The notes beneath the pieces were generated by a model that worked only from the letters and a program-made list of their open reading frames with translations, did no database searches and was not told where the DNA came from. DNA of 64,000 bases, from assembly GCA_050010755.1 (NCBI GenBank), contig JBEKKK010000001.1:1056001-1120000 (forward strand), written 5' to 3'. Shown one piece after another: positions 1-9,083 of the stretch; within the stretch, counting starts at the first letter, position 1, and each line of letters opens with the position of its first letter. The DNA is from Candidatus Bathyarchaeia archaeon. GTDB taxonomy: Archaea > Thermoproteota > Bathyarchaeia > Bathyarchaeales > Bathycorpusculaceae. Both the position numbers and the translations under genes were made by a program.

Positions 1-580
1 CGGCCATTTGAAGGAAGCTGGATTGGAGTTCAAGGGAAACGTTACAGCAAAGCACTTGTTGCAGGTGCTGATTGAAGACGTAGGGTTGGAGAAGATAAAA
101 GAAATGGTCGTCAGGCCGCTTACAAACGTGAAAGTTGCTGAACACAACGGTTGCCACATTTTGAGGCCAAAGGAATATATCGGTTTTGATGATCCTGAGG
201 ATCCGAAAACACTCAAGACCTTGATTGAAGCGACTGGGGCAACATGTTTGGATTACTTGGATGAGATAGAATGCTGCGGTGCTCCAAGCGTTGGCGTGAA
301 CGATAAGGTCGCTCTACAGCTCGCAAGGGACAAGTTGAACCACATCAAGACTGTGGATGCGCAGGCGTTGATAACCATATGCCCGTTCTGTCACATCATG
401 TACGACACGAACGAGTTGCGCATCGAAAAAATGTTCAACGAGGTTTACGGTATTCCAATCCTGCATTACCCTCAACTACTGGGTTTGGCAATGGGGATGT
501 CGCCTGAAGAACTGGCTTTCAATGAACTTCGCGTTAACTGTTCAAAAATATTGGGACAAGTGTGTGAGGGTGGAAAGTAA
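1..580 (+). CDS. hdrB: Heterodisulfide reductase subunit B-like protein (CCG domain), 5' end outside window
   Basis: CCG-domain motifs HNGCH, ECCGA, TICPFC and IPILHYPQLLGLAMG; frame is open to the window edge; abuts mvhG. Confidence 0.85.
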   Translation, partial: GHLKEAGLEFKGNVTAKHLLQVLIEDVGLEKIKEMVVRPLTNVKVAEHNGCHILRPKEYIGFDDPEDPKTLKTLIEATGATCLDYLDEIECCGAPSVGVNDKVALQLARDKLNHIKTVDAQALITICPFCHIMYDTNELRIEKMFNEVYGIPILHYPQLLGLAMGMSPEELAFNELRVNCSKILGQVCEGGK

Positions 581-1561
581 ATGAGCGAAAAACTGAAACT
601 GGGTTTCTACTGGGCTGCAAGCTGTGGCGGGTGCGAAATCGCGGTGCTGGACATAAACGAGAAAATACTGGACGTAGTGAAAATCGCGGACATAGTGTTT
701 TGGCCTGTTGCTATAGACGTCAAGTACAAAGACGTTGAAGCCATGCCCGACAAGTACATAGACATATGCTTCTTCAACGGGTCAATCAGGACCGGGGAAC
801 AGGAACACATGGCCAAACTCCTCAGACAAAAATCCAAGACGCTCGTGGCGTTCGGCTCCTGCGCCCAAGAAGGATGCATACCGGGCCTAGCGAACCTTCA
901 TGACCGAAAAGAAATCTTTGACAAAGTCTATTTGGAAAGCAAATCCATCGCGAACCCGAAAAGAATCGTTCCCAAAACCGAGACTGAGGTAAAAGAAGGC
1001 GTGTTAAAGCTGCCGAAGTTCTACGATACGGTGAAAACCCTTGATCAGACCGTTGACGTTGACTACTACCTGCCTGGCTGCCCACCTCCTGTAAAGCTAA
1101 TAGCAACTGCCGTGGAAGCCATCGCAAATAATCAGCTACCACCAAAGGGCTCAGTGCTTGCACCATTAAAATCTGTCTGCGACGAATGCCCACGCAAGAA
1201 GGACAACAAGAAAATCTCAAAAATATATCGTGTCTACGAGAAGATACCGGAACCGGAGAAGTGCCTGCTCGAACAAGGCATAATATGCATGGGACCAGCA
1301 ACTCGTAGCGGCTGCGGTGCTCAATGCCTCACCGTTGACATGCCCTGCACAGGATGTGGTGGACCCTGCCCAAACTCTCCAGAACAGGGAGCAGCAATGA
1401 TGAGCGCAGTAGCTTCGATACTTGGGCTTGAAGGCGAGACGGAGCATTACAGTCAGGAGGATGTTGACAACTTGATGAATCAGATCAAAGATCCTCTTGG
1501 AACATTCTACATGTACTCTTTGCCATCGTCTATTCTTAGAAGGAAAGTGATGGAAAAATGA
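581..1561 (+). CDS. mvhG: F420-non-reducing [NiFe] hydrogenase small subunit (group 3c)
   Basis: ASCGGC, AFGSCA, YLPGCPP, VCDEC, CLLEQGIICMGPATRSGCGAQC, PCTGCGG FeS motifs. Confidence 0.92.
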   Translation: MSEKLKLGFYWAASCGGCEIAVLDINEKILDVVKIADIVFWPVAIDVKYKDVEAMPDKYIDICFFNGSIRTGEQEHMAKLLRQKSKTLVAFGSCAQEGCIPGLANLHDRKEIFDKVYLESKSIANPKRIVPKTETEVKEGVLKLPKFYDTVKTLDQTVDVDYYLPGCPPPVKLIATAVEAIANNQLPPKGSVLAPLKSVCDECPRKKDNKKISKIYRVYEKIPEPEKCLLEQGIICMGPATRSGCGAQCLTVDMPCTGCGGPCPNSPEQGAAMMSAVASILGLEGETEHYSQEDVDNLMNQIKDPLGTFYMYSLPSSILRRKVMEK

Positions 1562-3012
1562 AGGAAATAGTAATAGATCCGATAACTAGACTGGAAGGCC
1601 ACGGCAATGTTTCGATCTTCCTGAACAACGAGGGCGAAGTTGACAACGCCTACCTCAAGATACCTGAACTCAGGGGGTTCGAACAGTTCTGCGTCGGCAG
1701 AAGAGCCGAGTTGATGCCGATTCTAACGACCAGAATCTGCGGCGTCTGCCCAGTAGCGCATCATTTTGCGGCAACAAAAGCCTTGGATGCAGCTTTCAAC
1801 GTTGAACCTCCGTCAGCCGCCAAGAAGCTCAGAGAACTCATGTACGCCGGTTACGTCATTTATGATCACACTCTGCACTTTTACTTTCTCGGAGGACCGG
1901 ACTTCATCGTTGGACCGGATGCACCGCCAGAAAAGAGGAACATTCTAGGAGTCATCGAGAAGGCCGGGATGGACGTGGCGAAAGAAGTTATCAAACACAG
2001 GGCGTACGGGCAGAGAATAACTGCCATTCTCGGCGGAAAGGCGACGCATCCAGTGTGCGGTCTACCAGGCGGCATCTCGAAGCCATTAAGCGAAGAGAAC
2101 AGGCAGGAAATTGAGATGATGGCCGCGTCGTCCCTAGAGTTCGCAAAGCTCACGCTGAAGATTTTCCACGAAATCGTCCTCGGAAACCCGAAGTACGTTG
2201 ACATGATCAAGAGCGACGCGTACACGATGAACACTTACTACATGGGCATGGTAGATGAGCACAACAAGGTTAACTTTTACGACGGCAAAATCAGAGTCGT
2301 CTATCCCAGCGGCGGCGAATTCCTCAAGTTTGAACCAAAAGACTACCTGACACAGATTGGCGAACACGTGGAAGAATGGACCTACGCAAAGTTCCCGTTC
2401 CTCAAAAAGGTAGGGTGGAAAGGCCTGGTTTACGGTCCTGACAGCGGAGTCTACCGCGTTGGCCCACTTGGAAGACTCAATGCTTCAGACGGAATGGCGA
2501 CACCGCTCGCACAGGAAGAGTACGATGTAATGTACAAGACTCTAGGCGGAAAACCGGTGCACGGCACTCTGGCATTCCACTGGGCAAGGCTGATTGAGCT
2601 GCTCTACGCAACTGAACGGGCGCTTGAGCTTGTCAAAGATCCTGAGATAACGAGCACGAACGTGCGGAACAAGCCGGGCGAGCCTGGAGAAGGCGTCGGT
2701 GTCGTCGAGGCAGCGAGGGGCACCCTGTTCCACCACTACGTGTTGGACAAGGACGCGCTCATCAAAGACGTGAACATGATCGTGGCGACAACCAACAACT
2801 ATCCCGCAATCTGCATGTCCATCCGCGACGCGGCAAAAGGCCTTATACACAAGGGCAAAGTGGACCAAGGCATGCTCAACATGGTCGAAATGGCTTTCAG
2901 AGCATACGACCCCTGCTTCGGATGCGCTACGCACTATGCCGTAGGACAAATGCCCCTAACCGTAAAAATCTACGACGCAAACAAAAACCTGATCCAGAAA
3001 CTGGAAAGATAA
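1558..3012 (+). CDS. mvhA: F420-non-reducing [NiFe] hydrogenase large subunit
   Basis: TRLEGH, L1 RICGVC and L2 RAYDPCFGCATH followed by a cleavable C-terminal extension; Cys, no Sec. Confidence 0.93.
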   Translation: MKEIVIDPITRLEGHGNVSIFLNNEGEVDNAYLKIPELRGFEQFCVGRRAELMPILTTRICGVCPVAHHFAATKALDAAFNVEPPSAAKKLRELMYAGYVIYDHTLHFYFLGGPDFIVGPDAPPEKRNILGVIEKAGMDVAKEVIKHRAYGQRITAILGGKATHPVCGLPGGISKPLSEENRQEIEMMAASSLEFAKLTLKIFHEIVLGNPKYVDMIKSDAYTMNTYYMGMVDEHNKVNFYDGKIRVVYPSGGEFLKFEPKDYLTQIGEHVEEWTYAKFPFLKKVGWKGLVYGPDSGVYRVGPLGRLNASDGMATPLAQEEYDVMYKTLGGKPVHGTLAFHWARLIELLYATERALELVKDPEITSTNVRNKPGEPGEGVGVVEAARGTLFHHYVLDKDALIKDVNMIVATTNNYPAICMSIRDAAKGLIHKGKVDQGMLNMVEMAFRAYDPCFGCATHYAVGQMPLTVKIYDANKNLIQKLER

Positions 3013-3060
3013 AACCTTTTTCTTTCCTTCCTCTTTCTTATAGTCTGTTGGCGATTTCTA

Positions 3061-3558
3061 GTGGCCATCCTTGAATCTAGCTTCAGGAAGGAGCTTAGTG
3101 ATTGGCTTTCAAAGGCTAACAGGGTCGTTCTGGCCGGTATCGGAAACCCCATTAGAATGGACGATTATGTCGGAGTGAAAATAGTCCAGGATTTGCGTGA
3201 CAAGCTTTCTGACAGAGTTCTCCTCTTAGAATGCGAAACGGTTCCTGAGGGTTTCATGCAGCAGATCATAGATTTCAATCCAACTCATGTTCTTCTTGTA
3301 GACGCAGCAGTTCTGGGCCTGAAGCCAGGCGCCTGCAGGCTCGTTGAACCTGAGCGATTGGCGGTATCTCCTGCCTTCTCAACGCACATGCTTCCGTTGC
3401 GAATTTTCTGTGACCAAGTCAAGGAGACAACGCGAGCCAAGATCGCCCTTTTGCTTGTTGAGCCTGAGAAAGATGATTTTGGGGAGGGTTTGACGCCCCG
3501 TGTCCAAGCTTCTGCAAAAGAAATTGCAAGGATCCTGCTTGAACTACTCCCACGATAG
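3061..3558 (+). CDS. hycI: Hydrogenase maturation protease (HycI family)
   Basis: GIGNPIRMDDYVG, LLVDAA, STH motifs; directly after the large subunit. Confidence 0.9.
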   Translation: MAILESSFRKELSDWLSKANRVVLAGIGNPIRMDDYVGVKIVQDLRDKLSDRVLLLECETVPEGFMQQIIDFNPTHVLLVDAAVLGLKPGACRLVEPERLAVSPAFSTHMLPLRIFCDQVKETTRAKIALLLVEPEKDDFGEGLTPRVQASAKEIARILLELLPR

Positions 3559-3682
3559 GTTCAACGGTTTCGAACGGCGTATGGGTACAACTTCGATCGC
3601 GCACGGCAACGGTATGTTCCCACAAGGTTCCTGCTTAAAACTTATATTTAGGGTCGGGTATCGAGTTCGATGTGTGATTATC

Positions 3683-4813
3683 ATGTCGGACAAGAAAGCG
3701 GATCTTGCAGGTCCAGGGATCGGCAACTACGATGAGCTGGAGAAGATTCTGCCGAAAGACTACCACTCCATTTTGAACCCGAAAGACACGCAGAAAGCTA
3801 TTTTTGCGGTGAAGAACTACATCGAAGAAAACCTGTGCAAAGAACTCAATCTGATAATGGTGCAAGTTCCCCTCATCGTGGACGTTGAAAGCGGCGTGAA
3901 CGACCTTTTGGATCGTGATGGCTCGCGTACACCCATTCAATTTCACATTTCAAACGATTATGACAAGCATCCTGTTAACGCTCAAATTGTTCAGGCCGCA
4001 ACCAAGTGGAAGCGGCTCGCCCTGAAAGAGTTCGGGATGAAACCTAGTGAAGGCATCTGCACTGACATGCGCGCCGTTCGCAAGGACTACTTCCTCGATC
4101 ATGACCACAGCGCCTACGTAGACCAATGGGACTGGGAAAAGGCGATAACTGAGAAGGAGCGCAACCTCAAATATCTTACCGAGACGGTGGAGAAAATCTG
4201 GGGGGTCATAAAGGGCGCCGAGAAACACGTCCAGAAGCTCTATCCCCAATTGAAAACGTACAATTATCCAGACCTGCCTGAAAAGCTCACTTTCCTGCAC
4301 GCCGAAGATATACTAGACAAGTACCCCAACCTTCCGCGCAAACAGCGCGAAACGAGGATTCTGCAGGACTATCCGGGAATTTTCATCTACGGAATCGGCT
4401 GGCCGCTCAGAGACGGTTACCCCCATGAAATGAGGGCGGCAGACTATGACGACTGGGTAACCGAAACAAAGTCTAAGGACGGAAGACCGATGCACGGCCT
4501 CAACGGCGACATCCTCGTATGGAACCCCGTAACGAAGCGACGCCACGAACTGACATCGATGGGAATAAGGGTAAACGCCGATACACTCAAGAAACAACTA
4601 GAGATGTCCGGTCAACTTGATTTTCTCAAGTACCCGTACCACCAGGGCATAATGAAAAACGAGATTCCGCTAAGCATCGGCGGAGGCATCGGCCAGTCCC
4701 GCACGCAGATGGCGATCCTGAAGAAAGCACACCTCGGCGAAGTGAGCGTTACGGTGTGGCCGAAAATACTCAAAGAAATGGGCCGCAAGAAAAATATATT
4801 CGTACTCGACTAG
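3683..4813 (+). CDS. asnA: Aspartate-ammonia ligase (bacterial-type asparagine synthetase A)
   Basis: KWKR, HSAYVDQWDWE, RAADYDDW, LNGDILVWN, ELTSMGIRV, IGGGIGQSR; start placed at ATG 3683 because the longer ORF overlaps hycI. Confidence 0.9.
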   Translation: MSDKKADLAGPGIGNYDELEKILPKDYHSILNPKDTQKAIFAVKNYIEENLCKELNLIMVQVPLIVDVESGVNDLLDRDGSRTPIQFHISNDYDKHPVNAQIVQAATKWKRLALKEFGMKPSEGICTDMRAVRKDYFLDHDHSAYVDQWDWEKAITEKERNLKYLTETVEKIWGVIKGAEKHVQKLYPQLKTYNYPDLPEKLTFLHAEDILDKYPNLPRKQRETRILQDYPGIFIYGIGWPLRDGYPHEMRAADYDDWVTETKSKDGRPMHGLNGDILVWNPVTKRRHELTSMGIRVNADTLKKQLEMSGQLDFLKYPYHQGIMKNEIPLSIGGGIGQSRTQMAILKKAHLGEVSVTVWPKILKEMGRKKNIFVLD

Positions 4814-4978
4814 TGACACAGGCCGCCACGTCCCCCTTTCTCTTATTTTCTCGTGATGCCCCAAGAACTAGAACTCCATCCTCGGCTAGACCGACGTGAG
4901 AACCTTAACCAAAAGCGCACAGGTAAACAGCTGCGCCATTATAATTGTTGAGTTACATTTGCGCCTAGAAAAAAGGTT

Positions 4979-5488
4979 TTAGGAGGTTTTCTGGGGTTCT
5001 TTCACAGCTTCTTGGAAAAGCTTCTTAACAGCTGTTATTCTTGCTTTCTGAGCTAATACGTCGCTTGTCGTCACTTCCAAGGCTTCTTCTGGGCACCACT
5101 TGACGCATTGCGGTTCTCCTTTCTCTTTGCACAGGTCACAGACGTAGACAACTTTGTTCTCAGGATGCAGCATGATTGCTCCGTAGTCGCAGGCTTCTAT
5201 GCACCATCCGCAGCCGTTGCACTTGTCTTTGTCCACGCTTATCAGTCCTGTTTCTTCGGACTGTGTCAAGGCTTCTCTTGGGCATGCGGCGACGCACGGC
5301 GGGTCTTCGCAGAGCCTGCATGTGACGGCTAGGTTTATCAGCTGGTTTATTCTGACGACTCTTATCCTGGATTTCAGCGGGTTGAACGCCTTCTCCTTGG
5401 TCAGTGAGCACACGTATTCACAGACTTGGCATCCTACGCATTTATCAGGGTCTGCGGAAACGAATTTTCTTTCATGAATCTTCACCAC
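4979..5488 (-). CDS. 4Fe-4S dicluster protein (AOR-associated electron-transfer subunit, DmsB/HydN-like)
   Basis: Four Cys clusters: CVGCQVCEYVC, CRLCEDPPCVAACP, CNGCGWCIEAC, CDLC...CVKWCP; co-oriented downstream of AOR. Confidence 0.88.
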   Translation of the reverse strand: MVKIHERKFVSADPDKCVGCQVCEYVCSLTKEKAFNPLKSRIRVVRINQLINLAVTCRLCEDPPCVAACPREALTQSEETGLISVDKDKCNGCGWCIEACDYGAIMLHPENKVVYVCDLCKEKGEPQCVKWCPEEALEVTTSDVLAQKARITAVKKLFQEAVKEPQKTS

Positions 5489-5502
5489 TTTCTCTTCCTC
5501 CG

Positions 5503-7350
5503 TTATTTGTAGATGATGTGAATCAGGTCATCCATGCCCAGTTCCTTGAGCTTTTCTACGGTGGGCACTCCTTCTTTTGTCCAGCCTCGGGATTCATAGT
5601 AATCGTCCAATAGCAGGTCAAGTTCTTGCTGCGTTACAAAGGCTCCTTTGGACGGGCCTTCGTCTGGGATTGGGTCGTGCATCACCTTGTATGGAAGCGT
5701 GTCGTCTTTTCTGCCCAGTCCTTCTCTGAGGTTTATGATTTTGGCGAGGTTTTCTATTCTTTCGCCTGCTTTCTTCAGCTCTTCGGGTGTCGTGGCGAAT
5801 CCTGTCACCAGAGTGTAGAGTTTCGCCATGTCTGGCAATTCTTTGTAGTACGTTCCTCTTGAAAATTTGCAGACGATGAATGAGTCGATGAGGTTGTAAA
5901 CGTCTTGCATATCTCTGACAAGCTTGCCCCGGCCTTTTTCGGCTATGAGCCTGTTGACTTTGCCCTTCACGTCAAAAGCGTAGGCTCCGTGTCTGTTGTG
6001 ATCAGCCCCGCGGAAAGAGACGGCAAAACCCAGCGCGGCTGTCTTGAGGCATCTCAGGTCATAGCCTGTGGTTTCAACGCCCTTTATGGTTGCAGCCAGC
6101 TTGTAGGAGTCTTTGCCTATACGGTCAGCCGCAAATTTCGCGCCGTCCGCCAGTAGATCGCCGACGCCTTCGCGTTTGCCGATTTTCTCGACCAGTTGAA
6201 CCATTGCTTCGGCGTTGCCAAACTTCGCGTCTAAACCATCCATTTCTTTCTGGCTCAGTATGCCTCTCTCATAGCAGTCCATGGCGAAGCCGATGGTCAC
6301 GCCTGCGCTTATCGAATCCATTCCATAAAAGTTTGTGAGCTCCATTCCCTTTATTATTGCGTCAAGCCGGTCCACACCACAATAGGGACCCAGAGCCCAC
6401 AGAGTCTCGTATTCCATCCGTGTCATAGTGCCCTTGTATGGGCCCTCTGGAACCACACAGGTGTGCTCGCATCGCATCGCGCAGGAACTGCATCCTATTA
6501 TCTTAGCGAGATACTTCTCGTTGAGGCATTCGCCGCTAACTTTCTCGGCGCCTTCAAATCGTGAGTTGTTAAAATTCCTAGTGGGCATACAGGACAATGA
6601 ATTGTGAACAAGAACGTTTTCCGGCGTTCCGAGGGTTCTGTATTTCTGCGTAGCCGGGCCTTTCATTCTTTCATGGAATTCTTTCACGTATTCCATGAAC
6701 TCATCCAGCTTTGCAACCTTGACGTCATTTGTTCCTCGCACGGCAATCGCCTTCAGGTTTTTTGAACCCATGACCGCGCCGAGGCCGGTTCTTCCTGCCG
6801 CCCTGGTCTTGTCGTTGATGATGCAAGCCATTCGGGCCAGCTTTTCTCCTGCGACGCCTATAGCTGCGACTCGAATGTAGTAGTCGCCCAGCTCCTCTCT
6901 TATGGCATCCTCAGTGTCGCCTGGCGATTTTCCCATCAAACCTGAAGCATCCAATAGCTGGACTGAATCGTCGTCGATCCACATATAAACAGGCTTTTCG
7001 GCTTTGCCCTTGATGATTACAGCATCGTATCCAGCTCTCTTCAATTCGGTTCCAAAAGTGCCGTGAGCCTTGGCCTCGCCTAGCCCGAAGCTCTGCGGGG
7101 ACTTGGAGACGAATGTGTGTCCGTTTCCGCCTGTTGGCCACATCGTGCCCGATATGGGGCCATTCGCGACGACCAACGGGTTTTCGGGGTCGAATGGATC
7201 TATCTTGGGCTTAGAATTTTCCAACCAAAGTCGCATGCCCAGACCCATTCCGCCAATGTACTTTTTGGCAAATTCTTCGTTAAGAGGTTCAGTGTAAGTT
7301 TTTCCTGTTGTTAAATCAACATGAAGAACGCGCCCTGCATAACCAAACAA
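5503..7350 (-). CDS. aor: Aldehyde:ferredoxin oxidoreductase family (W/Mo-pterin) enzyme
   Basis: MFGYAGRVLHVDL, SKSP, AAGRTGLGAVMGSKNLKAI, CSSCAMRC, EYET, DSFIVCKF, YYESRGW. Confidence 0.92.
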   Translation of the reverse strand: MFGYAGRVLHVDLTTGKTYTEPLNEEFAKKYIGGMGLGMRLWLENSKPKIDPFDPENPLVVANGPISGTMWPTGGNGHTFVSKSPQSFGLGEAKAHGTFGTELKRAGYDAVIIKGKAEKPVYMWIDDDSVQLLDASGLMGKSPGDTEDAIREELGDYYIRVAAIGVAGEKLARMACIINDKTRAAGRTGLGAVMGSKNLKAIAVRGTNDVKVAKLDEFMEYVKEFHERMKGPATQKYRTLGTPENVLVHNSLSCMPTRNFNNSRFEGAEKVSGECLNEKYLAKIIGCSSCAMRCEHTCVVPEGPYKGTMTRMEYETLWALGPYCGVDRLDAIIKGMELTNFYGMDSISAGVTIGFAMDCYERGILSQKEMDGLDAKFGNAEAMVQLVEKIGKREGVGDLLADGAKFAADRIGKDSYKLAATIKGVETTGYDLRCLKTAALGFAVSFRGADHNRHGAYAFDVKGKVNRLIAEKGRGKLVRDMQDVYNLIDSFIVCKFSRGTYYKELPDMAKLYTLVTGFATTPEELKKAGERIENLAKIINLREGLGRKDDTLPYKVMHDPIPDEGPSKGAFVTQQELDLLLDDYYESRGWTKEGVPTVEKLKELGMDDLIHIIYK

Positions 7351-7504
7351 TACTATTCCTTCTCGACCTTGCCTGATTCTTTATCAACGTTCATGCTTGA
7401 TATTAATTTATCGTTGCAAAATTCGAGTTTTGAAAGGTGCGAATCGACGCTGCTGAGAGACGCGTATTTTGAAAGAGAGTGTGAAGATTGGCGCTTCTTG
7501 TTAG

Positions 7505-9070
7505 TTACATCGCTTCTTTGACGAGTTCCAGAATGTCTTTCACTGAAATTTTGTTCTCGACGTCTAGAACTTTCACCGCATCTTCCAAGGTTGTTACGCA
7601 GTATGGGCAGGCAACGGCAACAGTGTCGACGTTGAGGCTGAGTGCTTCTCGGAGTCGGTTTGTGCTGGGTCTTTTTTCGGGTAATGCATCCTCCGTCCAG
7701 ACTCTTCCAGCTCCTCCACCGCAGCAGAAGCTGCTCTGTCGTGTTCTCTTCATCTCGACGAGTTCCACACCTTTCAACGAGCGTAGGATCTTTCGCGGTG
7801 GGTCAAACACGTCGTTTCTCTTGCCTAGGAAGCATGGGTCGTGGTAGGCTATCCTTTTCTTCAAGGGTTTCGAGAGTTTCAGGCTGCCCTCTTCAATTGC
7901 CTCGGTCAGGAATTGCGTATAGTGTTGAACGTTCAGGCCTGCGTCACTGTAGGGCTTGTCGTTCTTGAAAGTGTTGTAGCAGTGCGGCGATAATGTCACG
8001 ATTTTCTCTGCATCGAACTTCTTGAACATGGAGACGTTGTGCTCGGCCAGCTCTTCGAATAGACCTTTTTCGCCGAGCCTAAGCATGTGGTCTCCGCAGC
8101 ACCATTCTTCTGTGCCCAATGTCGCAAACGTGAGGTGCATGCTGTTAAACACTGAGACCATGGTTCTTGCGGCCTCTTGGTTTCTCATGTCGTAAGTGTT
8201 TGAGCAGCAGGTGAAGAACAGGACGTCGGCTTTTGTTGTCGTCGGAAACGTTTTGACGTTGAGATCTTTTGCCCAGTCCATTCTTTTTGCCTGGGGTGTT
8301 CCCATGGGGTTGTGGTATTTGTAAACGCTTTCAAGCACGTCTTTGACGGTTTTTGGGATGTCTCCAGTTTCGACCAGTAGGCTGTGATCGTCAACTATGG
8401 CGTTTGCGCAGGTCAGTTTCTTGGGACAGAACATCGTGCACGAGTTGCACTGGGTGCACAGCCAAATGTTGTCGGCCATCGGTTTTAGGCGTTGCTCCGA
8501 GCCTTGATCCCTCGAGTCTGTGACGAAGCGATACGTGGCTGTCAAGGCTGAGGGCCCGAGGAATTTTTCGTCGATGATGGCAGGACAGGCTGAGTTGCAA
8601 ATCGAGCATTTTATGCACAATGTCAGATCCCAGTATTTCTTAAGCTCTGCTGGACTTTGTGGGAATTCGCTAGGTTTCTTGAGTTCCTCTTGGGGCTTTA
8701 TGAGTGTCGGGTTAATCCTCTTGTAGGTTTCAAAGAACGGTTGCATGTCAACGACGAGGTCTTTTATCACCGTGGTGTTGGATAGAGGTTCAACGGTCAG
8801 AGAGTCCAGTTCGAGGTCAAGCACCTGCGTGTAGCAGGCCAACATCGGTTTGCCGTTAACGTTGATTGCGCAGTCTCCGCATATGCCCATCCTACACGAC
8901 TGTCTGAATGTTAGCGAATCATCAAAGTGATCTTTGATGTAGAGCAGAGCGTCGAGGAGGGTTGTTCCTCGGCGAATCGGAACTTTGAAGGTTGAAGTGT
9001 AGCTTTTTTTCTGTTCTGGGTTGTATCTGCTTATGTTGAATTCGACGGTTTTCTCAACTTTGGTGTTCAC
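7505..9070 (-). CDS. Succinate dehydrogenase/fumarate reductase FeS subunit fused to two CCG domains (TfrB-like architecture)
   Basis: SCRMGICGDC 2Fe-2S motif; CIKCSICNSACP and CTQCNSCTMFCP; then WCCG, SPHC, YHDPC, CCGGG, ACPYC. Confidence 0.88.
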   Translation of the reverse strand: MNTKVEKTVEFNISRYNPEQKKSYTSTFKVPIRRGTTLLDALLYIKDHFDDSLTFRQSCRMGICGDCAINVNGKPMLACYTQVLDLELDSLTVEPLSNTTVIKDLVVDMQPFFETYKRINPTLIKPQEELKKPSEFPQSPAELKKYWDLTLCIKCSICNSACPAIIDEKFLGPSALTATYRFVTDSRDQGSEQRLKPMADNIWLCTQCNSCTMFCPKKLTCANAIVDDHSLLVETGDIPKTVKDVLESVYKYHNPMGTPQAKRMDWAKDLNVKTFPTTTKADVLFFTCCSNTYDMRNQEAARTMVSVFNSMHLTFATLGTEEWCCGDHMLRLGEKGLFEELAEHNVSMFKKFDAEKIVTLSPHCYNTFKNDKPYSDAGLNVQHYTQFLTEAIEEGSLKLSKPLKKRIAYHDPCFLGKRNDVFDPPRKILRSLKGVELVEMKRTRQSSFCCGGGAGRVWTEDALPEKRPSTNRLREALSLNVDTVAVACPYCVTTLEDAVKVLDVENKISVKDILELVKEAM

Positions 9071-9083
9071 GTCACTTCACCTC

